Below, piece after piece: positions 1 through 9,255 of a stretch of DNA of 64,000 bases. Numbering within the stretch: position 1 is the stretch's first letter; each line of letters starts with the position of its first letter. Source of the stretch: Alteromonadaceae bacterium. GTDB taxonomy: Bacteria > Pseudomonadota > Gammaproteobacteria > Enterobacterales > Alteromonadaceae. Location of the stretch: NCBI GenBank assembly GCA_964229075.1, contig CAXRBI010000099.1, positions 12,457 through 76,456 of the forward strand, written 5' to 3'. Both the position numbers and the translations under genes were made by a program. Below the pieces are notes generated by a model. The model worked only from the letters and a program-made list of their open reading frames with translations, was not told the origin of the DNA and made no database searches.

Positions 1-164
1 GTTTTATATTGAAACTCATTGACTTAACTATATCGCGTTATCTTCAGTTGTCTACTGAATGGCAGGTAAAAATGCTTGTGTAGGTCGGTCTACGTCGGTG
101 ATTGCTCGTGGAATCATAATTCCCTGCTATGCTTGTATAAACGCAGTCGACTCGTAGTGAAAAC

Positions 165-986
165 ATGTCTAAGTGGTTTGCCCTAGTATTGATTAGTATA
201 GGACTTTGGCACACAAGTGTGAGTGCTGCGCAACCTTTCACTCTGACGGTTCCTGCGCCGTTAAACGATGGAAAAGGTCAGAACCCTTACATCGAAGAGC
301 TTCTTCACTTAATTTTTGCCAGCCAAGGTTATCGATTAGATCTCCGATATGCCTCGAGGCCCGGAAACAAAGCTCGAAACGCTAAAATGGTGAGTCGAGG
401 GGATGAGATAGATTTGTTATGGGCCAATGCATCAGTTGAACGCGCGAGGAGCTTGCACGAGGTTCGGCATCCTATATACAAAGGTTATATTGGTTGGCGC
501 GTATTGATTATCCATAAAGATAAGTCCGAACAATTTTCTAACGTAAAAAGCCGACAAGAGTTAGCCAGTTTGGTTGGAGCGCAACGTTATGATTGGGCCG
601 ATTACCGAGTGTTGAAATCTAGTCGACTTAAGATTACCAGTGACTTGAGTTTTTCAGCTATGTTCAAAGCGGTAGAGAGTGGTGTGGTCGATTATTTCCC
701 CCGTTCGGTGTTAGAGGCACAACGCGAGGTGAAACGACACAGTTCTGGCCATCTAAAAATAGCCGATGGAATACTGTTACGTTACCCTTCCGCAAGTTTC
801 TTTTATGTCAGCAAGCAGAATACCGAACTGGCCCAAATGTTATCCGAAGGTTTTGTGCGGATTAAACAGAATGGTCAATTCGACCGGCATTTTGATTCGT
901 ATTTTGCGGAAGATCTTGCCAGACTCGACCTCAATAAACGTCACGTCATTGAGCTGAGGAACCCATTTTTTAAAGCCAGCAATTAG
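165..986 (+). CDS. Periplasmic substrate-binding protein (family 3 / PBP2-like), orphan
   Basis: Signal peptide (SVSA-AQP); PIYKGYIGWRVLII and VDYFPRSVLE segments typical of Alteromonadales orphan SBPs. Confidence 0.7.
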   Translation: MSKWFALVLISIGLWHTSVSAAQPFTLTVPAPLNDGKGQNPYIEELLHLIFASQGYRLDLRYASRPGNKARNAKMVSRGDEIDLLWANASVERARSLHEVRHPIYKGYIGWRVLIIHKDKSEQFSNVKSRQELASLVGAQRYDWADYRVLKSSRLKITSDLSFSAMFKAVESGVVDYFPRSVLEAQREVKRHSSGHLKIADGILLRYPSASFFYVSKQNTELAQMLSEGFVRIKQNGQFDRHFDSYFAEDLARLDLNKRHVIELRNPFFKASN

Positions 987-1013
987 GCGGATAAATTCAA
1001 TAGCGGGTTAGCG

Positions 1014-1760
1014 CTAATCATCTTTCTTAGCCAAAGTTTCGGCGCTTTCAGTATTTTTATTTTGGGCAGTGGTTTGTGCTTGAGTAATTAAGTCCTCTAA
1101 CGCCGCGCTGACGCTTTTGGATTGGTTTGATGCTACGCCCAAATACTGAGGTTCTACGTGCAATGGGGGGGACAACATTCGTAACTTGAGCTTTAATCGC
1201 TTGATCGTCAGTTGTGCCCAGACTTCATCGATGAGCATGACGTCGGCACTGTGTTTGTGAATATAGTTGAACAGCCCCTTGGTATTGAGATCGTTGGTTG
1301 TGTAATAAGTGACCCGTTTTCTGACAAGTGGCAGTTTATTTAGTTTCGCAATCAGCATTTCTGGGTATTCGTAATCCAATGCCATGATCATGAGCCCGTG
1401 AAAGATATCTGAGCTGGTTTGTGCAGGATGATCGGACTTGACCAAAAAGCCGAGTCGCCACTCAGCGATGGACGGTTGCAGTAAATTGAGCCCGTCAGAT
1501 TCGTCTACAAACAAAGCACCGTCGAATTTGCCGGATTTGACGCCTTCGACGCAACGATTATGCGGTAAATCGATAAAGTTGACCTGCCAAGACAAATGGC
1601 TCGCTGCGGTTAGCAGTTGATTGATGACTAAACCTTTATCCTCTTCGTCGCTGCGCAAGGCATAAGGCGGCCACTCCTCGTAACAAAGAGTAAAATTCTT
1701 CGCACTCGCGCAAGCGCTAACAAGTAGACTTAGTAATAAAATTAACCGCAAATCAGACAC
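1014..1760 (-). CDS. Periplasmic substrate-binding protein (family 3-like)
   Basis: Signal peptide; YEEWPPYA and LPHNRC..VKSGKFDG motifs of SBP_bac_3-like proteins. Confidence 0.65.
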   Translation of the reverse strand: MSDLRLILLLSLLVSACASAKNFTLCYEEWPPYALRSDEEDKGLVINQLLTAASHLSWQVNFIDLPHNRCVEGVKSGKFDGALFVDESDGLNLLQPSIAEWRLGFLVKSDHPAQTSSDIFHGLMIMALDYEYPEMLIAKLNKLPLVRKRVTYYTTNDLNTKGLFNYIHKHSADVMLIDEVWAQLTIKRLKLKLRMLSPPLHVEPQYLGVASNQSKSVSAALEDLITQAQTTAQNKNTESAETLAKKDD

Positions 1761-1926
1761 CTCTGATTATAAATTTAGTGTGAAACCGCCGATTTGTCAG
1801 TGCAGATGTCACAATTGTTGTAAGCGGTTGTGAACGGCATGATCCTAATCTGTCTATGTATTTAGACTTGTCCCGAAATTCGAATACCGCTAGTCTAGTG
1901 AGCAAAATTTAGGGACGGGAGTTAGT

Positions 1927-4701
1927 GTGAGAAAAACACTCGGAGTGGCCTTGTTGGCTTCAGTATTAGCGGCATGTGGTCAAAAAAGTGCGGAAGAGCA
2001 TTATCAATTAGCGCAGCAAGCGTTAGAACAAGGCGGCAAAGAAACTGCTGTCATTGAACTAAAAAATGCCATTCGTATGGCGCCCGACAATGCGCAATAC
2101 CGATATCTTTTGGGACAAGTTTACTTTCAGCAGCGCAACTTTACTTTTGCTGAAAAAGAGTTTGAAAAGGCTTTGGAAAACGGCTTTTCATCGGAACAAA
2201 TCATACCTAAATTGTCCGTCATTTATCGTTCACTTGGCAACAATGACCGTTTGTTTAAGCTGACCGCCCGAGCCAAAGGCTTGCAAGCTCAGGATATGGC
2301 AAAGCTTAAGTACTACCAATTAGAGGCGTATGTTGGTCAAGGTAATTTTGACAAAGCCAAAGCCAGTTTAGAAGAACTCAAAAAAATCCCTGATCAAGGC
2401 GTGTATTCACAACTCGGTTTGGCGTTTCAGTTCATTATAAATAATGATCTAGAGGCGGCTATTGAACAAACAAAACGTTCGCTACAAATGTTTCCGGACC
2501 AACAGGATGCCTTGAAACTATTGGGTAATTTGTATCAGAACAATGGCCAGCAAGATGAGGCACTTGAAGTATATAAGTCCTATTTGGCCTTATACAGTGA
2601 CGATATTGAAGTTAAGTTTCGCGTTGCCCGTACGTTAAGTGGCCAAGATGATTTTGCAGCTGCTGAGCCGTTGGTTGACGACTTGTTGACTCAATACCCA
2701 AATCATCCAATGTTGCTGCAACTAAAAGCGGCGGCAAGGCTTAAGGCTGAAGACTACAGTGCGGCCAGCGAGTTTTCTGAGCGGGCAATTTTAGTTGAGC
2801 CAGAAGATGGCCCACTGCGACTAATAGCCGGCATAAGCCACTACTTCTTGTCTGAATTTGAAGACAGTTTGCAAGATTTAACCTTAATAGCGACTGAGTT
2901 GCCTGAATCTCATCCTGCTTTGCGTATGTTAGTCGATGTTCAAGTTCGATTGGGCTTAGCGCTTGATGCAAATGACACACTCACCAAATTCAGCGCGTTA
3001 ACTGAGTCTGAAATTGGCCTGGCGGCAGGTGTGGGACAAGCACTTGTGAGCAAAGGTGAGTTTCGCAAAGCCAGAGAAGTATTGGCGCAACAGGAAACAG
3101 AGATTGATTCTGCCAACGTATTAGCCAATGTCGCGCGCCTGAAATTATCTTTGAACGACGTATCCGGAATCGCTGATTTGGAAAAAGCGATTGAAAAGTT
3201 TGGTGTTGAGACGGATGAAAGTCCGGCAGAGAACCTTGAGGTTGTGTTAGGTCGTGCCTATTTGGCAACGGGCCAGTTTGACAAAGCACAAGCTCTGGCG
3301 AGTAAATGGATGAGCAATGAAGATTCCAAAGAAGTTGGTTACTTGCTTCAAAGCCAAGTGTATTTTGCTCAACAAGCTCCGGATAAAGCCAAAGCAACAC
3401 TTGAAGAAGGGGTTGCGGCGTTACCACAGTCGGTTGCACTTATTTACGCACTGGCAAATTCTCAAAACCTACAAGTTGAGAGCGAAAAAGCGACGAGTTT
3501 AACCTTGTTGCGTCGCGCATTGGACATCGCACCTGATTACGTTCCGGCTATCGTAAAATGGTATTTAGTAGCGCGAACCTCTGATAGCCAACAGCAAGTC
3601 GTAAGCTATTTAAATCAGCAACTAGAATCCCGACCTGAAACTGTGTCTTTGGCATTAACACTGGCCAGAATTCATGTGTTAGAGCAACGTGGTGCCGAGG
3701 CCATGGTCATCTTAAATCGATTTAAACAAGAAACGTCGGCGGTGTACCGACAAGTTTTAGCTCAAGCCTTAGTGCAAACGGGTGACATTCAAAATTTAAA
3801 AGACCTGTTCTCCGAGTGGTATCAAGACACTCCTAACAATGTGCAAGCCGTCGTGGGTATGATGCGTGTTTACGAATCTCGCGGTGAGTTTGACAGAGCA
3901 TTGTTGGTCGCAGACAAGTATCTGGTTGAACAAGGTGGTAATTCGGCACTGGTTAAGATATCCCGATTGAGTGTCATGGCTAAGGCCGGTCAATATGAAG
4001 ACTTAGCGAAAGAGTTAGATGAACTCGACAAAAATTTATATCAACTGCCGCCGGTACAAGGTTTGCGCGGTCAAGTCGCACTAAAAGCCTCGAAGTTTGC
4101 CGCAGCAGAGCCGCTGCTTTTGACCGCCTATAAAGCTCAACCGACGAGTCTAAATGCTGCTTTGCTTTCGCAAGCGTATCAAGGTGGTAAAGGGCTTGAT
4201 TTCACTCGTGGGTTCTTAAAACAACACCTAGATAAGCATCAAGATGATCAGCTAAACACCTTGCGCCTAGCCCAACTAGTGACAGGTAAAAACAATGCAG
4301 AAGCAAAAGACTATTATCTGAAAGCAATTGCCCTTGATGACGGACTGTTTGTGGCACATAACAACGTCGCCCATATGTTTTTGATGGAAAACGATTTGGA
4401 TTCGGCCTACAAACACGCCAAGCGTGCGAGTGAGTTGCAGCCAAGACAAGCCGATGTTTTGGATACGCTAGGGTATATCGAAATGCAAATGGGCCGTGAT
4501 GAAGCCGCCCTGCAGAATTTGTCGATGGCGATGGAAGTGTTTGGAGACCGCGTACCTGACGATGCCTTCTTAAACTATTTAGAAGCCTTGCTTAAAAATG
4601 GTGAAAAAAGGCTGGCTCAAAGACGTTTAGATCAACATTCGTTTAAGGGCAGTCCAGGTTCTCGACTGGATGATTTAAAACAGCAGTATCAGTTGCAATA
4701 A
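1927..4701 (+). CDS. prsT: TPR-repeat lipoprotein, PEP-CTERM/XrtA-system PrsT-like
   Basis: Lipobox VLAAC; AVIELKNAI...AEKEFEKAL start; about 920 aa of TPRs; C-terminal NNVAH...VLDTLGYI. Confidence 0.75.
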   Translation: MRKTLGVALLASVLAACGQKSAEEHYQLAQQALEQGGKETAVIELKNAIRMAPDNAQYRYLLGQVYFQQRNFTFAEKEFEKALENGFSSEQIIPKLSVIYRSLGNNDRLFKLTARAKGLQAQDMAKLKYYQLEAYVGQGNFDKAKASLEELKKIPDQGVYSQLGLAFQFIINNDLEAAIEQTKRSLQMFPDQQDALKLLGNLYQNNGQQDEALEVYKSYLALYSDDIEVKFRVARTLSGQDDFAAAEPLVDDLLTQYPNHPMLLQLKAAARLKAEDYSAASEFSERAILVEPEDGPLRLIAGISHYFLSEFEDSLQDLTLIATELPESHPALRMLVDVQVRLGLALDANDTLTKFSALTESEIGLAAGVGQALVSKGEFRKAREVLAQQETEIDSANVLANVARLKLSLNDVSGIADLEKAIEKFGVETDESPAENLEVVLGRAYLATGQFDKAQALASKWMSNEDSKEVGYLLQSQVYFAQQAPDKAKATLEEGVAALPQSVALIYALANSQNLQVESEKATSLTLLRRALDIAPDYVPAIVKWYLVARTSDSQQQVVSYLNQQLESRPETVSLALTLARIHVLEQRGAEAMVILNRFKQETSAVYRQVLAQALVQTGDIQNLKDLFSEWYQDTPNNVQAVVGMMRVYESRGEFDRALLVADKYLVEQGGNSALVKISRLSVMAKAGQYEDLAKELDELDKNLYQLPPVQGLRGQVALKASKFAAAEPLLLTAYKAQPTSLNAALLSQAYQGGKGLDFTRGFLKQHLDKHQDDQLNTLRLAQLVTGKNNAEAKDYYLKAIALDDGLFVAHNNVAHMFLMENDLDSAYKHAKRASELQPRQADVLDTLGYIEMQMGRDEAALQNLSMAMEVFGDRVPDDAFLNYLEALLKNGEKRLAQRRLDQHSFKGSPGSRLDDLKQQYQLQ

Positions 4702-4712
4702 GTGTTGCAGAT

Positions 4713-4738
4713 AAAAGGAAGCGAAAGCTTCCTTTTTT
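4713..4738 (+). terminator. Rho-independent terminator after prsT-like gene
   Basis: AAAAGGAAGC-GAAA-GCTTCCTTTTTT. Confidence 0.8.
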
Positions 4739-4855
4739 ATTTAGTACAGTTATGAGCCGGATAATTGCCTGAAAGGCAAATTAAGGTTGTGACGCCTAAC
4801 AGTTTAATTTACTGTTTTAATTGGAACTTTAAGCAAATAATAATAAGGGAGCGTC

Positions 4856-6982
4856 ATGTCAGCGCCGATTCAAATTCCAACTCTTCCGCAACAAGACGAC
4901 CAAAAACAGCAAGCTCAGAGGGCGTTCGACTTATCCATCGCCCATACCACATACAATTATATGACGTCTTACATGGAAGGCGTACCGCTATCCGCTGATC
5001 TACCGGATCAAGAAAAATTCAGTACAGCCTATGAGATTAAACTTCTGCCAGTCTTTAAAAGTATGGCGAGCAATCTTATCGCGGTGTTGGAGCGTTTGTT
5101 TAAAAAGCAGTTAGCAGACGATTTGTCTTTAAGTGAGTTTAAGCAACTGAAAGCGGCAATTGACGAGTTGGGCGATGGCATCGAGATCACTCATTTAGGT
5201 CAAGACGTCAAAGCTCTGAAATCGGTATTCAAAGCTATCGCGGATCTGCCAGATGTATTCGAACATCTAACCAACCTGCCGAAGGACATTGCCAAAGCCG
5301 TGTCAGGTTTGAAGAGGTTAGCGGTAGAAGCGTCTGAAAAAGGCGCAACAGAAATTCTCAAGAACACTTTATTTGACGTCCTGAGCACCGAGAATGGTCG
5401 CGATTATTTGCAAGCTGAGTCCATGCAAGATTATGAGGACTTGTTTGAGACCATAGCATTACCAGAGATGTTAACGATTCCGCAACAAGATTGGATGACC
5501 GGCACCGACAAGCCTTGCATGCAAGATTGGTTTTTTGGTTACCTGCAAATTGGCGGATTCAATACTACCAATTTACGCGGCGTACAATTAACTCAGCCGG
5601 CGGGAACAGAGATTGTTGCATTACCTGCCTTATTGTCTAAATTTCCAGTCACTGATGCTATTTTGCAACAAGAATCAGGTGACTCGTCAATAACACTTGA
5701 GCAAGCGGCCAAAGACAAACGCTTGTACGTCGTTGATTATGCCATGTTAGATGGTGCAGAGACCGTGCCTGTTCACGGCGAAGACCGTTATTTGGCAGCG
5801 CCCATTGCACTGTTCTATTTGAATCCAAAGTCACCAGAAGGCTATCCACCGTCAGATAATGGCGTGATGCAACCTATTGCGATTCAGCTGAGTCAGACGC
5901 CTGACCCTGATAAAGCGCCATTGTTCACCCCACAAGATGCAGCAGACGCCGGCGATGCAGAGCATTTTAAGTGGCGAATTGCAAAGTACTTTGTCAATGT
6001 TGCTTGCGCGATTCAGCACGAGTCCATCGCTCATTTAGGGGACTGTCATTTAACCTTAGATCCTATGGTGGTGGCGACCAATCGAAAGCTTTCGCAGCAA
6101 CATCCGATTATGGTGCTATTGAAACCCCATTTCCGTTTTACCATTAATATTAACAACAGCGCACTGCACAGTTTGATAATTCCTGGTGGTGTGGTTGCAA
6201 CCAACGTTGGGCCAAAGATTGAAGACACTTGGGAGCTGGTTCGACAGGCGCACTTAGCGTGGCAATTTGACGACAATAACCCGGATTCTATCTTTGATAT
6301 CCGTGGCGTTGCCGATATTCCAGACTTTCCATTTAAAGACGATACGATACTTCTTTGGCAAGCGCTGCAGAAATGGGTCAGTAGTTACCTCGATGTCTAC
6401 TACCCAGATACACAATCGATGCTTGATGACTACGAGTTGCAAGCGTGGATAAATGAATTGGTTTCACCAAACTACGCTAAAGTTGGCGGCATGAGAGGGC
6501 TTAAAGCGACAGGAAACGACAAACAGCCTTATGTGATAGATGATTTAGATTATCTCAAGAAAGTCATTTCGCAGATCATATACATCGCAGGTCCGCAGCA
6601 TGCTTCGGTGAACTACGCTCAGTACCCTTTGATGTCTTATATGCCGAGTGTTGCAGGTACCATTTACCAACCAGCACCGGATAAATCGACCCAGTTGAGC
6701 TCAGAGCAAGACTGTTTACCTTGGTATCCACCACTTGATGTGTCCTTGTATACTTTCCTGTTTGAGTACTTACTGAGTGGCGTTCAATATGACGTGTTCG
6801 GTCATTACAGTGAAGATCCAAAGATGCCTTACTTTAAAGACGACCGAGTGAAAGACGGCTTGAGCGAGTTTCACGCGGCACTGGCGCAAATTGAAGTGAC
6901 TATTCGTCAACGCAATAAGTCGCGCCCAATGGAATATCCGTTCCAGTTGCCGTCGCAAATTCCAAACAGCATTAGCATCTAG
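4856..6982 (+). CDS. Lipoxygenase (non-haem iron polyunsaturated fatty acid dioxygenase)
   Basis: HESIAHLGDCHL (H-x4-H-x4-H), GPQHASVNYAQ (H...N ligands), C-terminal PNSISI, LYVVDY, PIAIQL, WRIAK, DYELQAWINEL. Confidence 0.93.
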   Translation: MSAPIQIPTLPQQDDQKQQAQRAFDLSIAHTTYNYMTSYMEGVPLSADLPDQEKFSTAYEIKLLPVFKSMASNLIAVLERLFKKQLADDLSLSEFKQLKAAIDELGDGIEITHLGQDVKALKSVFKAIADLPDVFEHLTNLPKDIAKAVSGLKRLAVEASEKGATEILKNTLFDVLSTENGRDYLQAESMQDYEDLFETIALPEMLTIPQQDWMTGTDKPCMQDWFFGYLQIGGFNTTNLRGVQLTQPAGTEIVALPALLSKFPVTDAILQQESGDSSITLEQAAKDKRLYVVDYAMLDGAETVPVHGEDRYLAAPIALFYLNPKSPEGYPPSDNGVMQPIAIQLSQTPDPDKAPLFTPQDAADAGDAEHFKWRIAKYFVNVACAIQHESIAHLGDCHLTLDPMVVATNRKLSQQHPIMVLLKPHFRFTININNSALHSLIIPGGVVATNVGPKIEDTWELVRQAHLAWQFDDNNPDSIFDIRGVADIPDFPFKDDTILLWQALQKWVSSYLDVYYPDTQSMLDDYELQAWINELVSPNYAKVGGMRGLKATGNDKQPYVIDDLDYLKKVISQIIYIAGPQHASVNYAQYPLMSYMPSVAGTIYQPAPDKSTQLSSEQDCLPWYPPLDVSLYTFLFEYLLSGVQYDVFGHYSEDPKMPYFKDDRVKDGLSEFHAALAQIEVTIRQRNKSRPMEYPFQLPSQIPNSISI

Positions 6983-6993
6983 GGTGTTTTAGA

Positions 6994-7881
6994 ATGCAGG
7001 CGGCTTCGTTGAACGCAAAGCAGTGGTATGAGACGGCTAAGTGGTGTGACTACCAAGGGTTTGATATTCCATATTTCGACAGTGACGAAGCGGATGCTGG
7101 TAATGGCGAAGTATTGGTTTTGATCCATGGTTTTCCGACCTGCAGCTTGGACTGGGCCAAAATCTGGCAGCCTTTATCAAAGCACTATCGTTTGATTGCT
7201 TTTGATCTACTGGGGTTTGGCCGCAGTAGCAAACCTTTGATCAATTACACTATTTCGCGCCAAGCGGATATGATTGAATCTTTGCTGCACAAGCTGGGTG
7301 TTGGTAGGTTTGCGCTGGTGGCCCATGATTACGGAGATACCGTTGCGCAAGAATTGCTGTCACGAACAAATGTGGTTGAACAAACCTGGGCCTGTGTATT
7401 GTCTAATGGCGGGCTTTTTCCGGAGACACACAAGCCATTGTTGGTGCAAAAATTATTACTGAGTCCAATCGGTGGTCTAGTTGCGCAGTTGATGAGTTAT
7501 GAAAAGTTTAAACGCAGTATGGATAGCATTTGTCAGGTCAACATTGACGAGCAGGAGATACAAGAGTACTGGTTGCTGTTGACTGGAAGTAATGGCAAAC
7601 GAATATTCAGTCGTTTAATCAAGTATATGACCGAGCGCAAACGCCACAGGACACGTTGGGTTAGTGCACTGCAAAATTATCAAAAGCCGTTGTTGTTGAT
7701 CAACGGTTTAGACGATCCCATCAGTGGCGAACATATGGTCGAACGGTTTCACAAGCTCGTACCTAACGGCTTGGTCGAAGCGAAACGAGGCATTGGCCAT
7801 TATCCGCAATTGGAAGCTCCTGAGTGGTTTTCTGAATCACTGCAAGGGTTTCTCGAAAACCTCTCGAGTAAGCCAAGTTAG
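6994..7881 (+). CDS. Alpha/beta-fold hydrolase, MEST/epoxide-hydrolase-like
   Basis: HGFPT..DW oxyanion motif, DLLGFGRSSKP, nucleophile elbow AHDYGDTVAQELL, catalytic GHYPQLE. Confidence 0.85.
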   Translation: MQAASLNAKQWYETAKWCDYQGFDIPYFDSDEADAGNGEVLVLIHGFPTCSLDWAKIWQPLSKHYRLIAFDLLGFGRSSKPLINYTISRQADMIESLLHKLGVGRFALVAHDYGDTVAQELLSRTNVVEQTWACVLSNGGLFPETHKPLLVQKLLLSPIGGLVAQLMSYEKFKRSMDSICQVNIDEQEIQEYWLLLTGSNGKRIFSRLIKYMTERKRHRTRWVSALQNYQKPLLLINGLDDPISGEHMVERFHKLVPNGLVEAKRGIGHYPQLEAPEWFSESLQGFLENLSSKPS

Positions 7882-7896
7882 CCATTTTACAGGCAC

Positions 7897-7926
7897 AAAA
7901 AAAGCCACCTTATAGGTGGCTTTTTT
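7897..7926. terminator. Bidirectional terminator between the lox operon and the PiT gene
   Basis: AAAAAAAGCCACCT-TAT-AGGTGGCTTTTTT. Confidence 0.85.
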
Positions 7927-7936
7927 GTATCGATAA

Positions 7937-9220
7937 TTAAGCTACGTCAAATACTTGTTTCAAGATTAAGTAGATAACGATAGATAGCCCGGCACCAACT
8001 GGCAGCGTGACAACCCATGAAACCACGATGTTGCGCACAACACCTAAGTTCAGAGCCGCAATACCACGAGCAAGACCAACACCCAATACCGCACCAACAA
8101 GCGTTTGTGTAGTAGAGATAGGAAGGCCAGTACCTGAAGCGATGATAACCGTAGATGCTGCCGCCAATTCTGCTGCGAAACCGCGGCTTGGCGTTAGGTG
8201 AGTAATGCCTTTACCAATTGTGGCGATGACTCGATGACCGAACAATGCCAAACCAGCAACAATACCTAAACCACCCAGTGGTAAAATCCACCACGCCAGC
8301 GCTGCTTTCTTAGCGATTTCACCGTCGTTTTCAACAATGCTTACAACAGCGGCTAGTGGGCCAATTGCGTTTGCAACGTCATTTGAACCGTGAGCGAATG
8401 CCATACAACATGCGGTAACAACCATTAATACTGCAAAGATTTTTTCAACGTTGTTGAATTGCATTTCTTTATCAGCGTTTGGATCGAACTTAACGCGAGA
8501 CACAAAGTATTTACCGATAGCAGCAATGATTAAACCAACAAGTATCGCGTATATATAGGACTCAGTTGCAGAAATCGATAAGTCGCCAGATTTAACGACA
8601 TGCTTAAGACCTTTTTTAATGGTCACCAGCGCCATGATGAAGCCAGCTAGGAACATGTAGAAAGGCACGTAACGACGCGCGTTTTCAAGTGGTTTATCGG
8701 TGTCGAAGATAAGCTTCTGTGCGGATATAAAGATCCAATAAGCGATGAAACCTGAGATAGCAGGGGTGATAATCCAGCTACCAACGATACCGCCAACTTT
8801 ACCCCAGTTAACCGCATCCATACTTACACCAAACGCAGCGAAACCAACGATCGCACCAACAATTGAGTGCGTCGTCGATACTGGCCAGCCCAAATATGAT
8901 GCCACAGCTAACCATGTTGCTGCAGCGAACAATGCGGAGATCATACCCAATACTAAGTATTCCGGATTTGGAATGAATGGGGCAGAATCTATGATGCCTT
9001 TACGGATGGTTGAGGTAACTTCACCACCGGCAAGATACGCACCGGCGAACTCAAATACCATCGCAATTAAAATAGCTTGTTTGATTGTTAGCGCTTTAGA
9101 GCCAACTGACGTACCCATAGCGTTTGCTACGTCGTTAGCACCAATACCCCAAGCCATGAAAAAGCCAACTACGGCGGCAATCATGATTAACATCATGCCG
9201 TACGAAGAAATAATATCCAT
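7937..9220 (-). CDS. Inorganic phosphate transporter, PiT family
   Basis: GANDVANAMGTSVGS and HGSNDVANAIGP signature repeats, PVSTTH, many TM helices. Confidence 0.92.
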   Translation of the reverse strand: MDIISSYGMMLIMIAAVVGFFMAWGIGANDVANAMGTSVGSKALTIKQAILIAMVFEFAGAYLAGGEVTSTIRKGIIDSAPFIPNPEYLVLGMISALFAAATWLAVASYLGWPVSTTHSIVGAIVGFAAFGVSMDAVNWGKVGGIVGSWIITPAISGFIAYWIFISAQKLIFDTDKPLENARRYVPFYMFLAGFIMALVTIKKGLKHVVKSGDLSISATESYIYAILVGLIIAAIGKYFVSRVKFDPNADKEMQFNNVEKIFAVLMVVTACCMAFAHGSNDVANAIGPLAAVVSIVENDGEIAKKAALAWWILPLGGLGIVAGLALFGHRVIATIGKGITHLTPSRGFAAELAAASTVIIASGTGLPISTTQTLVGAVLGVGLARGIAALNLGVVRNIVVSWVVTLPVGAGLSIVIYLILKQVFDVA

Positions 9221-9255
9221 TAACTTAAACCTAAATAAAGAAAATTATATTGTTG

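Noticed and set aside
4762-4800. c-di-GMP-I riboswitch upstream of lox (GGCAAA...GACGC)
   Set aside because: Lacks the GNRA-capped P2 stem between these words and the downstream P3/receptor; the spacing is too short
7887-7905. 19-bp sequence TTACAGGCACAAAAAAAGC repeated at 39454-39472
   Set aside because: It is the common terminator-flank sequence (TTTTTTGTGCCTG on the other strand), not evidence of a mobile repeat
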